Assembly: GCF_009914755.1 (NCBI RefSeq)
Contig: NC_060938.1
Strand: one strand, 5' to 3'
DNA: 64,000 nucleotides
From: the human T2T-CHM13v2.0 reference genome, Homo sapiens
The position numbers were made by a program, and so were the translations under genes. The notes beneath the pieces are model-generated. The model had not been told where the DNA came from. It worked only from the letters and a program-made list of their open reading frames with translations, and ran no database searches. Positions 1-11,646 of this stretch are shown in pieces. Position 1 is the first letter of the stretch; every line of letters begins with the position of its first letter.

Positions 1-50
1 TTCAGGGTGCAGTTCTCTCCTCATCCTGAGCTTTTTGGTACCTCCTATAG

Positions 51-780
51 TTTCATTTTGTAGTAGAGAATGCTGAGCCTCATAAAGTGGGGTCACACAG
101 CTGCGTAGTGGAGTTTGGATTGGAGCTCAGATGTGTGTGACTTAGGCATCACCCTCTGCCTTGAGTCCTCCACTCCAGGGTCCCAGAGTGCTGAGCATTC
201 TGGGGTTGGTCAGCTCTAACCTTGGTGGCATGCATTGAGCAACTCTCCATATTTTGGAGTCTTAATGTATTCCTAGCCTTAGTGATGGCAAGGACCCTGC
301 TTTGGGAGACCTGAGTTCTAGTTCGTCCTGTCTCAAACTTTCTGTGTGATCTTTGTCTTTCTGAGTCCAGTATTTGCATCTGCATAATAGGACACAAGCA
401 CCAACTTTCACAGCCTCATAGGGCTATTATAGAGGTCAGAGAAGAGAAGAGATATACAAATACTTGTAGACTGTAGAGTGTTTTGTTTAGGTGAAGGGCT
501 ATCAGGTCCTGACAACCCTCTGGAATGAACATGTCAGAAGTTGTAAACCTTCAATGTCCACAGAGGTGGAGTGACTCTTCCAAGGTCACATAGCTAGTCA
601 GAGACAGACCTAGGGGAAAAAAATGAAAGAAACATGGAATCTAACTCGGGCTCTGTCTCTAACTGCCTGGGAGACTGCTCAAGCCCCTTCCCTCTATAGG
701 CCTCAGTTTCCTTGTTTTTACAATATGTGAGACAGGATGAGGGGATTGATTGGGAGGATATCTGGAGGCCTTGCTAGAAC
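51..780. mobile_element. Cluster of degraded MIR SINE fragments (both orientations)
   Basis: MIR core motifs, e.g. GCCTCAGTTTCCTT (~700), CCTCATAGGGCTATT (~415), reverse-strand GGTCACACAGCT (~91) and AAGGTCACATAGCTAG (~582). Confidence 0.65.
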
Positions 781-1949
781 TCACCTCTAGGGCACAGGCT
801 TGGGAATCCCCAGAACCCCCATATTGTCCTTTACACCTGGATGGCTGTGCTCAAGGGCTCAGGGAGGGGGGACTCTTGTGGCCCTGGACTCCCTAGCCCT
901 TCCCCTTCTGTGGGCCCACCCTGTGCTGTCAACGTGTTAGGTGCTGGAATGGTCTCAGCTGGTTTGTAGTCATTTCCGAGGAAGTTTATGGTAACCTCAC
1001 CTCTGTCCATGCCATGTCCTGAGCAGAGGTCCCCGGGAGAAGTCCTGGAGGCCAGAGCTACCCATGTCACCACTAGCCATGGTAGTCCTCTTCCCCATGA
1101 GGAGGCTGCACCCTGGGAGATGGCATCGGGTGGAACGGGACATCTGTCCTGACCTCCCCGTTAAGCAGAGGTGGCTCTGGGACTGTGGGCAGGGATACTG
1201 GAGCAGCAGTGGGAAACGAAGTGGAGGAGGAAATATTGCTGGGTACTAATGAGTCACAGTTGATAGACTCATGTCTTCATGTGCTTTGGAGGCAGTCTGG
1301 TGGGGTGCACATGGCTTATGTTTTGGTGACCTACAGGCTTACATTCAAATAGCTGTTACCTCATGCTCCACGTCTGTGACCTTGGCAGGGGGAGCTCCTC
1401 AACCCCGAACCTTGCACAGCTGAGTGGGAGAAACCAGAGTGGTCTTGTGTTGTCAGGGACCTGGCATCATACCTGGCACAGAGCACTTGTGAAATTTTCA
1501 TTCTCAAGATTGGCATTTGTAGCTCTGGGGGATACACAGAGAGGTCTGTGTATGTATGGGCAGGTACACGTGGATAGGTGTGGGTCTGTTTGTGTGTGTG
1601 GGAGTGCATGTTTCAGGGACACAGGCTATTCAAAACCAGCACAAGGTGACTCCAATAAGGGAAGGGAAGAAAGCACATGGTAAACCAGGAAGACACTCTA
1701 GAGATGAGGCTTCCTGCACCCCACATGGTCTGTTGGTGCCTGTGCCATTGTAGCCTTCAGTGCTCATGCTTGTCCTACCCTCAGGGTCCTCCCCCAGATC
1801 TCAGTTCCTGGCCTGTGGAAAGCGTCAGTAAATGGGGAAACATAAATATAAGGGAATATAACTAGCTAATTAGGGTAATTAAGTGAGGAGTAGCCATTTC
1901 CAACATGCATTAAGCTGTCCCTGATTTTTAGGGCCTGGAGGTCTAGTGA

Positions 1950-2370
1950 GAGACACAATTTGCGGCATGATGGGGAGGAAGTAGGATTCACAGAGAAGGT
2001 CAGCGTGGCTTTGTAGGTTAAGTAGAAATTCACCAAGCAGAGAAGATGTAGGAAGACGCTCCAGGCAGAAGAGCAACAGGATCAAAGCCATGTGGTGAAA
2101 GAACAAGGCAAGTGGGTCAGCAATGCTACTAGAGGGGGAGGGGAACAAGTCAAGGTGGAAATGGAGGGGCCTCAGCTCCTCAGTGCCTGGGGTGTCATGC
2201 TAAGGAATTTGGATCTTACTCTTTAGTCAAAGGGACAAGGGAGGGACATGACCAGGTTTGCAGTTTGAGAAAATTATCAGGCTGATATCTGGAAAGAGGA
2301 TGGTCTGGGGCAGGGAGACCAATGGGAGGCTTCTCTGCTCAGGTGAGAGATGGTGGTCATCTGGATTAGG
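1950..2370 (-). mobile_element. L2 LINE fragment
   Basis: Purine-rich antisense L2 phrases: CCAGGCAGAAGAGCAACAG...AAAGCC, GCTAAGGAATTTGGATCTTACTCT, CAGGTGAGAGATGGTGG. Confidence 0.6.
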
Positions 2371-3021
2371 GAGAATTTGAACCCAAGGCTGTAGGAACTG
2401 AGAAGACAGTTCCAGTTTACCATATGAGGAGTAGCTGCTGTGGCTGGCAGGGCACCAGCACTTCTACCCAGATTATCTCATTAGAATTCTAAAGTAGACC
2501 TGGTCAGCTCTGGAAGCCACCTGGGCCTCAGGCATGAGAGAGGAGGAGGAATTGGGGCAAATCTAGTGGGTGAGTGCAGTTGGAGATGCTGAGCCTATTA
2601 GCAAAGATGGGACAGGAAAGTGGGGAGCAGGGAAAGGAGTGGCAGGGAGAGTGAGGCTTTTCCCTGCCTGGCTGCAGCCTTTACCCATGAGCTTCCCATT
2701 CCTCATTTCTGCTGGACCCAGGACCAGGACCCCGGTTGGTGTTGAAGGTTCTGTCTCCTCTGTGGGCCTCCCTCCCTCTGCTTCTTCCTTCTGAGGATTG
2801 CTCAATGTTCTGCCTAAACATGAATCTGACTACATACTCTCCTGCTGATAAATCTTCAAGGATGCCTCTGATTCTGGGCAAATCCTGAGCTTCTTAGTTT
2901 TATGTTCTGGGGTCTCCATTTTTTGATATCCCCTCCCCAGCTTCAACCCTGCCTGTTCCTCTTCATCAAAGTACCTATATTTTAATATGCTACCTCCTCT
3001 CCTTTTCCTCCAAGATTTTCA

Positions 3022-3478
3022 TAATGGTGGTTGTGATGATGATGATAACGGTGAGGATGGTGATGATGAAGGTGGTGATAATGATAGTGATAGTTATGTT
3101 GAGGATGATGGTGTGGATAGTGATGGTGATAATATTGGTGATGGTGAGGAAGGTGATGGTGATGGTGCTGATGATAGTGATATTTATGCTGAGGAGAATG
3201 ATGATGATGGTGAGAATGGTGAAGGTGAGCATGGTGATGGTGATGGTAAGGATAGTGATGATGAGGTGATAATGATGGTGATGGTCAGGATGGTGATGGT
3301 GAAAATGATGGTGGTGATAGTGATGATGATGGTGATGGTGAGGATGGTGATAGTGAAGGTGGTGATGATACTGATAGTTATGGTGGGGATGCTGCTGCTG
3401 ATGCTGGTGAGAATGGTGAGGGTGAGACTGATGATGATAATGAGGATGGTGATGGTGAGTATGGGGATGGTGATGGTG
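3022..3478 (+). repeat. Degenerate (GAT/GGT)n trinucleotide low-complexity tract
   Basis: Continuous GATGGT/GATGAT triplets. Produces artefactual D/G/E-, M/V- and H/I/T-rich ORFs. Confidence 0.95.
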
Positions 3479-3530
3479 CACCCCTTGATTTGGCAATTCG
3501 ACATCTAAGAAATGTTCATTTCTTCCAGGA

Positions 3531-3661
3531 TTTTTTTTTTTTTTTTTAGTCATTACTTCCCTATGTTGCCCAGGTTGGCCACGAACTACTGGCCACGAGT
3601 GATCCTCCCACTTTGGCCTCCTGAGTAGCTGTGATTACAGTCATGAACCATGGTGCCTGGC
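3531..3661 (-). mobile_element. Alu monomer (FLAM-type)
   Basis: Poly-T followed by TATGTTGCCCAGGTTGG...GTGATCCTCCCAC...GATTACAG...GCCTGGC, a single arm. Confidence 0.8.
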
Positions 3662-3924
3662 TTTACCCTAGGAATTTATCCTGAGGAAGTAATCAGACAA
3701 GTGTGCCAAGCAGTACTTAGAGAAGGGTATTTATTGTTCCATTGATGATAGTAAGTAAGATGTGGGAAGAATGTGAATGTCCAGCAATAAGAGATTGGCT
3801 AAATAATTGTGCTACAGCTAGGCAAGGGGCTGGCTTATGGCCATTCAGAACACAGACCCTCCTGATTGAGTCAAATCTCCTGTCACTGCTCTCACACACC
3901 ACACACCTCCCTCCTTTTCAGCAC

Positions 3925-4105
3925 AAATTACAATCGTAATTTTACATTTCTTTGTGAACCTCTTTGATGAATTTCTGTATCCCTCATTAGATCCTAAGCT
4001 CCATGGAGGCAAGGAGTATACTATGTTCATTATTGTGTCCTTCATGCCAAGTTAAGTTCTTGGAACACAGTACTCTCTCAATAATTTGTTGTTAAATGAA
4101 TGACT
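3925..4105 (+). mobile_element. L2 3' end
   Basis: TAAGCTCCATGGAGGCAAGG...CTCAATAATTTGTTGTTAAATGAATGA matches the L2 terminus. Confidence 0.65.
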
Positions 4106-4194
4106 GGGTTTATATTTCTTAGTATGGAAAGATGTTTGAAATATGCCATTAAGAGAAAGAGCAGTTTATAAAACAGCATGCATGCTGTAGTACA

Positions 4195-4620
4195 CACTGT
4201 AAATTCCCTCCTTTCCTGATCTTCTTTGGGGGGAACCACATGTGCACTCTCAGTCAATAAATTATGATTGATCCAAAGTCAATCATGACAATGTTATTCT
4301 CTACTGCTAGGGATAGTCATGAGATCAGGTTCTGGCCAATCTAAACACAGATTTCCAGACCTAAAGAGAAATCCTCTGGGGGTCACCTCTGAAGTTCTTG
4401 CTTTTCTAATAAGAATACGGAAGTGACTGCTTTTGCTGGCCTTGTAAACTCATGTAGTGGTTGGAGCTGCAGTAGCCGTCTTACAGCCATAAGCTAAATT
4501 GCAATAGACTCACAAAGATGCTGGGCCTAACATTGTTGACCCAGTGAAACATAGCCAGGAACCATAGATACTCTAACTATGTAAGAAAAATGAACCTGAC
4601 TTTGTTTAAGTGGCTGAACT
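4195..4620 (+). mobile_element. Old MaLR LTR (MLT1J/K/L-like)
   Basis: GGTTCTGGCCAATC...GGAGCTGCAGTAGCCGTCTT...TTTGTTTAAG motifs. Confidence 0.5.
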
Positions 4621-5376
4621 TTCAGATTAATGCACCCCCAACAGATACAGAGCATGATCCCATATATACCTGTATGTGCAAACATGAATAGAAAAATAAT
4701 TAAAGTGATTATCTCTGTGTGGTAGGATTCTCCTTCATATTTTTTATTTTGTAAAGTTTTCCCAAAGGGCATGTAAATATTAATCAGACAAATATTTCTG
4801 CACATTCAGAAAATAAACAATGGTACTAATTTTATTTTAAAAAAATAAACAAAATATTGGGGCCCCAGAAGGTAGTTCACTACCATATGATAAGTTAATT
4901 AGCCACGACCGAGATGAACACTTGTGGGTATCCTAGAAGACAGGTTCTGCAGCAGTGAGAGGTTCTCTCCAGAATGGTATGTGGTTCCAAACTCCTGAGG
5001 GAGGTGGGGCAGACCCCAAGGAAGCAGATGAGAACCTGAGTGAGGCTCTGTGGGGAGAGAGGATGTTCCTCAGCCCTCACAAGGACATGTCAGTTTCGCT
5101 TGAGATTAGGCCCCAGCCTTGGCTGGGCAGCCTGCCAGGCAGGTTCTCAGCAGCATGGGGTGATAACAGGAGGACAGGAGGACGGGAAGCCTGGCAAGCT
5201 GGGGCAGCTCTGGGGTCTTCAGGTGGGGCTGTCTCAGGCAGCAACTGTGTTGGCTGTAAACACAGATTTCCAGGTCCACAAACCTGGACCATCTTTGTTT
5301 CCATAGCAGCATCCATGCCAGTGAGGAATCTGGACATGATCTGTGATCCCCTCTCCCACTTTTCCTTTTCTCTTAG

Positions 5377-5758
5377 AATGAGACAGAGCAGCCTGGAGCA
5401 GCTAGTGTCCTGTAGTGACTCCAGTTTGCTGTTCTCTTCCTTATCTTCTTCCTCCTGCCCTCTGTCTCCTCTGCATCCTTCACCTTCTACATCAGGAAGC
5501 TCAAGTCACCAGGCTGAGCCTGGGCTTCTCATCTAAATCACGGAGTGCCAGTCAATGCCTCCCTTCCTCTTCCCAGGGAGCAACTTCAATCTTCCCTGCC
5601 TGCCATGGGGAGCTAGACCCTGCTCCTAATTCCCTGTGGGACCATCCGCAACCTGTTTCCTCACCCCTGTAATGGGACTGCAGTCCTCCCAGCCCACCTG
5701 GCAGTGCTAATTCCAGGCTGGGGGCCCTCCTGGGAAAATCACCAGCGTGGGTGATACG
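5377..5758 (+). pseudogene. Candidate decayed coding exon L-1 (Ser/Pro-rich)
   Basis: Pyrimidine tract and AG (cttttccttttctcttag), donor ACG|gtgggt, phase 2 to 0. Frame MRQSSLEQLVSCSDSS...GKITSVGDT is 127 codons with three TAA stops. Confidence 0.4.
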
Positions 5759-5874
5759 GTGGGTGTTTGTGTGTGTGGAGGGGTGGGGCTGCCACCTGGC
5801 CATTTACAGACCCCATCCTTCCTCTCTCCCTGTGCTTGTCGCATGTCAGGAATCCCTCTCCTTTGTGCCATGAA

Positions 5875-6055
5875 ACATAAGGCATTTTCAGATCCATTAT
5901 CTCATTGAGCCTTGCATCTCCTTGGTGAAGTTGGAGTTATAGTCACCATTTTACTGATGAGTAAAATGAGGCTCAGAAAGGGGAAAGTCATTGCCAGTGT
6001 TCCACTGTGGACTTACAGCGGAGCTGGGATTAGGATGCGGGTTCTGGATTCCTGG
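5875..6055 (-). mobile_element. MIR (MIRb-like)
   Basis: ATTATCTCATTGAGCC...CCATTTTACTGATGAGTAAAATGAGGCTCAGA...GGAGCTGGGATT. Confidence 0.8.
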
Positions 6056-6954
6056 TGGGGTCCTGCCCATCTGCAGCTAAGGCCTTTCTTTCTGCTCCCA
6101 TGAGGTCCCTTTTCCATTCCTTTCCTCCCCATGACAGCCACTGTCACCACCACCCAAGGTCTGTGCTCACTGTCACACCATCCCTCGCTGACCCCTGCAT
6201 CTGGGCTGGAACCCACCATGTCCATCAGACAGATTTTCCTCAGTGGTGGTTGGGCTCCAAATCCACTCTCCCCAGACTGACACAAATTGCTCTACAGGGG
6301 GCCGCAACTGTAGGCATTTCTGGTCTAGAGAGAGAGAGATGGTCCCATAGAAATGTCAACATCACTTGGTGAAGAGGAGAGTGGAAACACAGGAGAAAGT
6401 TCAGGGAATGACGTCAGGAGGAGGTGGCCCTTGAGTTGGGTCTTGAGGGATGTGTAAGAGTTACCCGGCAAGGAAAGCTGGGAAGGGCATTCCAGGAGGA
6501 AAGAGCAGCATTCTCCAAGGCTCAGACTGGTCTGGTGGCTACAAGGTAGAGCTGAGTGACCTGCACCCCTTGAGACAGTGCTCCCTTTTCAGGAGGAAAT
6601 CTGTAGCTCCCATACCTTGGGCTGTCTCAGAGTCCCCCAGAGATCTTGGGAAATTCCTGGGTCCAGTTCCCAGGGATTCTGGTCCAGGAAGAGGAATCTG
6701 CACTTCTCACAGGCAGGGGCTGTGACCTCACCCCACTGTTCTGTTGCAGTTTGTCCCTGGATCATTCTTGGAGAAATACAAGCAGGACTGAGAGGCTTTG
6801 ACCCAAGCACTGTGCAGGGGGTGGGATGGGGATAGATGTGGAATGGGCCAGAGGAATAGTGATTGGAGCTATACCCTCCTGGACCACCCTGTTGAAAATG
6901 TGGCTCTCCCATCCCCCTTTCCCACTGATACATTCTATCCTCCTTCACTTTTCC

Positions 6955-7093
6955 TTTATTTTATTTTATTTTAGTTTTTGTAGATACAGGGTCTCACTAT
7001 GTTACCCAGACTGGTCTCAAATTCCTGACCTCAACCATCCTCACATCTCGGCCTCCCAAAGCACTAGGATTACAGGCATGAAGCAACATGCTC
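6955..7093 (-). mobile_element. Alu monomer (FLAM_C-like)
   Basis: (TTTTA)n tail then GGGTCTCACTATGTTACCCAG...CCTCCCAAAGCACTAGGATTACAGGCATG. Confidence 0.85.
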
Positions 7094-7703
7094 TCATCAT
7101 CAACTCACATGCTGAACATTTGACTAGTTTATTTATTACCTGTTTCACTCTACTAGCATGAGGGCTACATGAGGAAAGGGACTTTGTCTATGTCTTTCAC
7201 TGCTGTAGCCAAGTGTCTACAATGTGTAAGGTCATGGAAGCTGTTTCTGTTTTGGTTTGTAATTTTAATTTTGGGAAACAGAAGATATCTGAGTGAAGTC
7301 AGTGACTGACAGGAAAAGGGAGAACAGTCCTGGTGTGCACAAGAGTGACAGGGAGACCTAGACAGAGAGATGTCAGAGGACAGTTCCTGTAAGAGGCTGA
7401 GGGAAAGGTGGGGCAACTGGTGAGGGTCTCTCTGGACATCAATTCCTTTGAAGCTGGCAGGGAGGGAGGAAGGGCATGGGTGGAGAGGAATGCCTGAAGA
7501 AGACCTCCTTGGCTTCCATATTCTTCATGAAGTGACAGGTGAGGGGCTTCCTGGGAAGAGAGGGCAGGAGGGGAGCAAATGTAGGCTGGTGATGGTGGGC
7601 CTGCAGCAGTGCCCCAGGGTGAAGGGGTGAATGTATTACTGAGGCTGGACCCTGGTTATGACCCTTGCCTTGGCCTCAAGACTCATTAAAAACCAGCCTC
7701 CTC

Positions 7704-7780
7704 CAGTGAGCTTAGATCATGCCACTGCACTCCAGCCTGGAGACAGAGTGAGACTCCGTCTCAAAAACGAAAACAAAAAA
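7704..7780 (+). mobile_element. Severely 5'-truncated Alu with target-site duplication
   Basis: CAGTGAGC...GCCACTGCACTCCAGCCTGG...GACTCCGTCTC plus A-tail, flanked by AAAAACCAGCCTCC and AAAAACAGCCTCC. Confidence 0.85.
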
Positions 7781-7972
7781 CAGCCTCCAGTCCCAATGTG
7801 CCCAGCTGGACCATGCGCTGCTTCCTGGATGTGCCACCATCACAACCGGAACACAAATCCTGAGTCACTGCCTCTAGAAAGCCTGCCTGGATTCAGTGCC
7901 CATCTGACTGGGCTCCTGCAGACCTGGTCTGCCACTGCCATGTGACTTGCCTCTGCCTGCCTCTTATTACAG

Positions 7973-8049
7973 GTGCCTGTGTTTTTACCTGCCTCAGTGA
8001 GGGCTGTTGAGGACCGGGCCAGGCTGATCCATCTTAGGGGATACAGCAG
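7973..8049 (+). pseudogene. Candidate exon L-2
   Basis: ctgcctcttattacag|GTG...CAG|gtacca, phase 0 to 2. The only open frame reads VPVFLPASVRAVEDRARLIHLRGYS. Confidence 0.35.
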
Positions 8050-8279
8050 GTACCAGCAATGGCTGGGCTGCCTCAGGGCTGGGCAATAGGCAGACCAGGT
8101 TCTCACGCTGGGCACTGGGTGCCCTTTGTGGGCTCAACTGGGCATGACCACTGCTTCTGAGTGGCCAGAAGATTCCTGGGAGAGGCCTGGTTATCTTGGG
8201 CTGACCCTCGCTCCCCATTTCCTTCCTCCCTCCCTCCCTTGCTGAAACCCTTTTGCATGTCCTCAAAATCCTGCTCCAG

Positions 8280-8344
8280 CACGAGCAGCGAGCAGCCCCC
8301 AGGTTTCCAGCAGCCCCAGGGAACTCTTCCTTTTCTTCCTTCCT
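8280..8344 (+). pseudogene. Candidate exon L-3
   Basis: Long pyrimidine tract then cctgctccag|...CCT|gtgagt (consensus donor), phase 2 to 1, reads TSSEQPPGFQQPQGTLPFLPS. Confidence 0.4.
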
Positions 8345-8489
8345 GTGAGTAAGAGGCCTGATCCCCCAAGGACACTGCTGCCTTGCTGTCCTCTGCTGCA
8401 GCCCTTCCCTGGGCCTGAGCAGGATAGGTCCTCCTTGCTTCTCATTGCCTCCCTCTTTCAGCTCATCATCCTTCTCTCCCATAAAAATA

Positions 8490-9110
8490 CATTCATGTGC
8501 CATGAAATATTTCCGTCAACCCAGACTGCGTGTGCAGTGGTGGACCCATGAAACTATAATGGAGCCGAAAGACACCTACTGCCTAGCCCCGTGACATAAC
8601 AATTGTAACGTTATGGCAGAGTTACTTTAAAAATATATTTATTAAAAAAGATTTATAATTCTATAGAAAAAGAATACATATCTCATAGTGTAGCGTAAGT
8701 GTCCAGTGTTTATAAAATCTACAGTAGTGCACAGTCATGCCCTAGGACTTCACCTTCACTCACCACTCACTGACTCACCCAGAGAAGCTTCCAGCCCTGC
8801 ACATTCCATTCCTGGTAAGTGTCCTAGACCAGTGCACCATGTCTAGGTAGCATAGTATATTTGTATATAGTGCAATACTATGCTTTTACTGTACTTTCTG
8901 TACTTTTCATGATATGTTTAGATGCACAAGTACTGACCATTGTGCTACAACTGCCAATAGTATTCACTGCAGTAACCTGTGCCCAGGTGTGCAGCCTGAG
9001 ATCAGTAGGCTGTGCCATAGAGCCTAGGTGTACAGTAGGTACAATATTGAGGTGTCTGTAACCACACTTTGTGATGTTCTCACAAAGGAAAATTACCCAA
9101 GGACACGGTG
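8490..9110. mobile_element. Tigger3 (GOLEM)-derived TcMar DNA transposon
   Basis: TCTACAGTAGTGCACAGT...CCTAGG...CACTCACCACTCACTGACTCACCCAGAG...AGCCTAGGTGTACAGTAGG are Tigger3 signatures. Confidence 0.8.
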
Positions 9111-9279
9111 ACACACAAAGGGAATCAATATTGAAGCTCTTGCCCTCAGATTGCACCCAGTGCCACATCCCTATGCATTGAAGACTTGGCTCCCAGTTCA
9201 TGGGCACTTTCTCCTGCTGAGGTAATGCCAACATGCACATAGAGAGTCCTCCTCATGCTCTGGCTCTTGGTCCCTCCAC

Positions 9280-10560
9280 CCCTAGAGACCTTGTCTCCAC
9301 CCTCCCTGAGTCACCCACTCCTACCTGTATATTCTTGTCCTTGTCACTGCAGAAACTGTAGCTACTCCAGACCCTCAATTTCAAACACGCTTTTTTTGAC
9401 CACCACTTTCCTTTTTCCAGCTGCCTCCCAAATCGAAGACACTTCAATGACTCCAAATTTTCACTTTTGTGTCTCACCCACTTTCTTGCAAATTTCCCCT
9501 CCTCCCAGCTAAGACTATATGGTCCAGCTTGTCATCCACCCTCTCTAACACTCTCCACTCTCTTGCCCCACAATTGATTGTATTCCCAGGGCAAAACTGC
9601 ACTCTGCTGAAAACCAGCCACCCATTCCCTCTGCTCCTGCAGTCAGGTGGCTGAGCACAGCCAGAGAGAAACACACGTGCCTTTTGCTCTCATTTAATCA
9701 TCAAGCCCAAACCTCCAGTGGGCCCTGGATGATGTCCTACAAACTCAGTCATTTCCTGAGTCCATAAGTGTGCCAGACTTCTTTATTTGTTATCCTAATA
9801 AAAATATATATAATCTAAGCATGTTATGAATACCAACTGATTTAATTATCATAAAACTCTATGAATCTGTTCTATAATAATCACCATTTCACAGCTGAGG
9901 AGATGCTGGCACAGGAAGAGATGAAGTGACTTGCCCTGGAGCCCAGGCACCCAGCTCTGGAAGTGCTGCCTTGTCCCCAAGCAACAGTATCGTGCCTTCT
10001 CCTTCCTCCTTAAACCTCTAAAACCTTCCCCAGGCTTCCTTACTCCTGCTGCCTTGCTTCCTATTTCAATTTGAAAATAGATGCAATAAAGAGAGACCCT
10101 TCCCTAGATCCCACCCCTACATCTCCCCAGCTGCTTGCCTCTGTGCTTCCTTCTCCACCTTCACTTGTTATTGTAGCTGTAGTGTCTGCACTCATGTTAG
10201 GGGCGACTTTTCTCCATCATATCCACAGCTCAACCCTCAGGTTCTTTCCTAAGTGTCCGCTTTGCACACTGCCCGGTTCCAAAATGGAGCTCTCCCGCCC
10301 ATCTCACACCCTGCATGCTTACTTATTCGTCATCTGTTCTGCTCTACTACAGTGAGGGCTACACAGGGGCAGGGATTCTGGGTATCTTATTCACTGCAGA
10401 TTCCAGCATCTAGAGCAGTACCTGGCATCTAGAAGGTGTTGGTATTTAATGAAATCATTCATTTTCTATGTCAGGCTCTGCCCTGGTGCTGGGGACACTA
10501 GGGTGATTCAGACAGGTCCCTGCTTATACCAAGTTTATAGTATCATAGGGGAGACAAACA
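9280..10560. mobile_element. L2 fragments interrupted by a MIR (~9755-9960, minus)
   Basis: Pyrimidine-rich L2 ORF2 remnants, L2 tail ...CCTGGCATCTAGAAGGTGTT, and MIR CCATTTCACAGCTGAGGAG...AAGTGACTTGCCC. Confidence 0.6.
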
Positions 10561-11646
10561 CATTACCTGACAAATTTGCAGGCAGCCATTTATATTTTTC
10601 ATCTACAAAGCAGCCCTTATTGTACTTGAGAGGAAATGCACTCAAGCCATGAGCTGTAGCCCCACCTCCCCTACTTCTGGACAGAAAGCCCCAGGCTCTG
10701 GCCCTTACATTCCTGGGCCTCCAGGGCTCCCTGAACTTTAGGAAACAGCTAGTAAGGGAGTCCAAGTCCACTTTGACTCAGAGCTGTGGGATGTCAACAA
10801 GGTGCTTCCCCTCTCTGGTTCTCAATGTCTTTGTCTATTACAAGAGATGATGGTGCCAGCTCAGCAAGCTCCACGGGGCTGGGGCAAATGGGACAGGGAG
10901 GGTGACAATGCTTTGTGGAAAGAGAGGAGGAATTCTGAGTGGCTACCGGAAAGGCACCATGTTTATTTCACAATTTCAAACTTGACAGAACTGCAGAACA
11001 CAGACATCAAGACTCCCCTGTAATTCCATTTGGAGTCTAAAGCTTAGATTTTGTTTCATTTAAGCAGTGGCAAACATTATGTATAGATATAGATGTGGGA
11101 TCATAAAACGTGTTTAAAAGTTATTGATGTGGGACAACTTTGCATATCAATATACAAGCATTTATTTTATTTTTTTTAATAGCTGTGAAATATCCCACTG
11201 TATGAAGAGACTAAAATCTGTCCTTCTATTGTGGATATTTGAATTGATGAACCATTGGAATGAAACAGAGAAGGTAATCAAAGCATTTGACAGCCTGGCA
11301 GATCAAAGTGAGAGGTTTATTACAGAAGACAGTAATGCTAAAAGGGGAAGAGAGCTAAGTGAATCCAACTGCTGCAATCAGGGCCCAGAATCCCACCACC
11401 CTAAGAGGCAGGAGACAATGGGGCCAAAAGGGCAGAGGCCCCCAGGTCTCCCAGCAGGGCCAGATGCAAACTTGTCATCCCACCCTGTGTGTGGGCTTCC
11501 TATGCCCTGGACAGACTTTCCTGAGGCCGAGGCTGTTTTAAGAGCTTAGAGCACCCATTCTACAGCAGAATTTCTTATGAATGAGGTCCCTCTTCTGTTC
11601 TCCTCACCTATCCTGGGCCCTTTTCCCAACTTGACTTTGGGTAGTG

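Noticed and set aside
930-1250. Further upstream exon(s) of the left-block gene
   Set aside because: Several alternative AG/GT pairs and frames are possible, and none joins cleanly to the 5377 exon.
2987-3553. Acidic 173-aa, His-rich 187-aa and Met/Val-rich ORFs (likewise 22762-23305)
   Set aside because: These are translations of (GAT/GGT)n simple repeats that are open in several frames on both strands.
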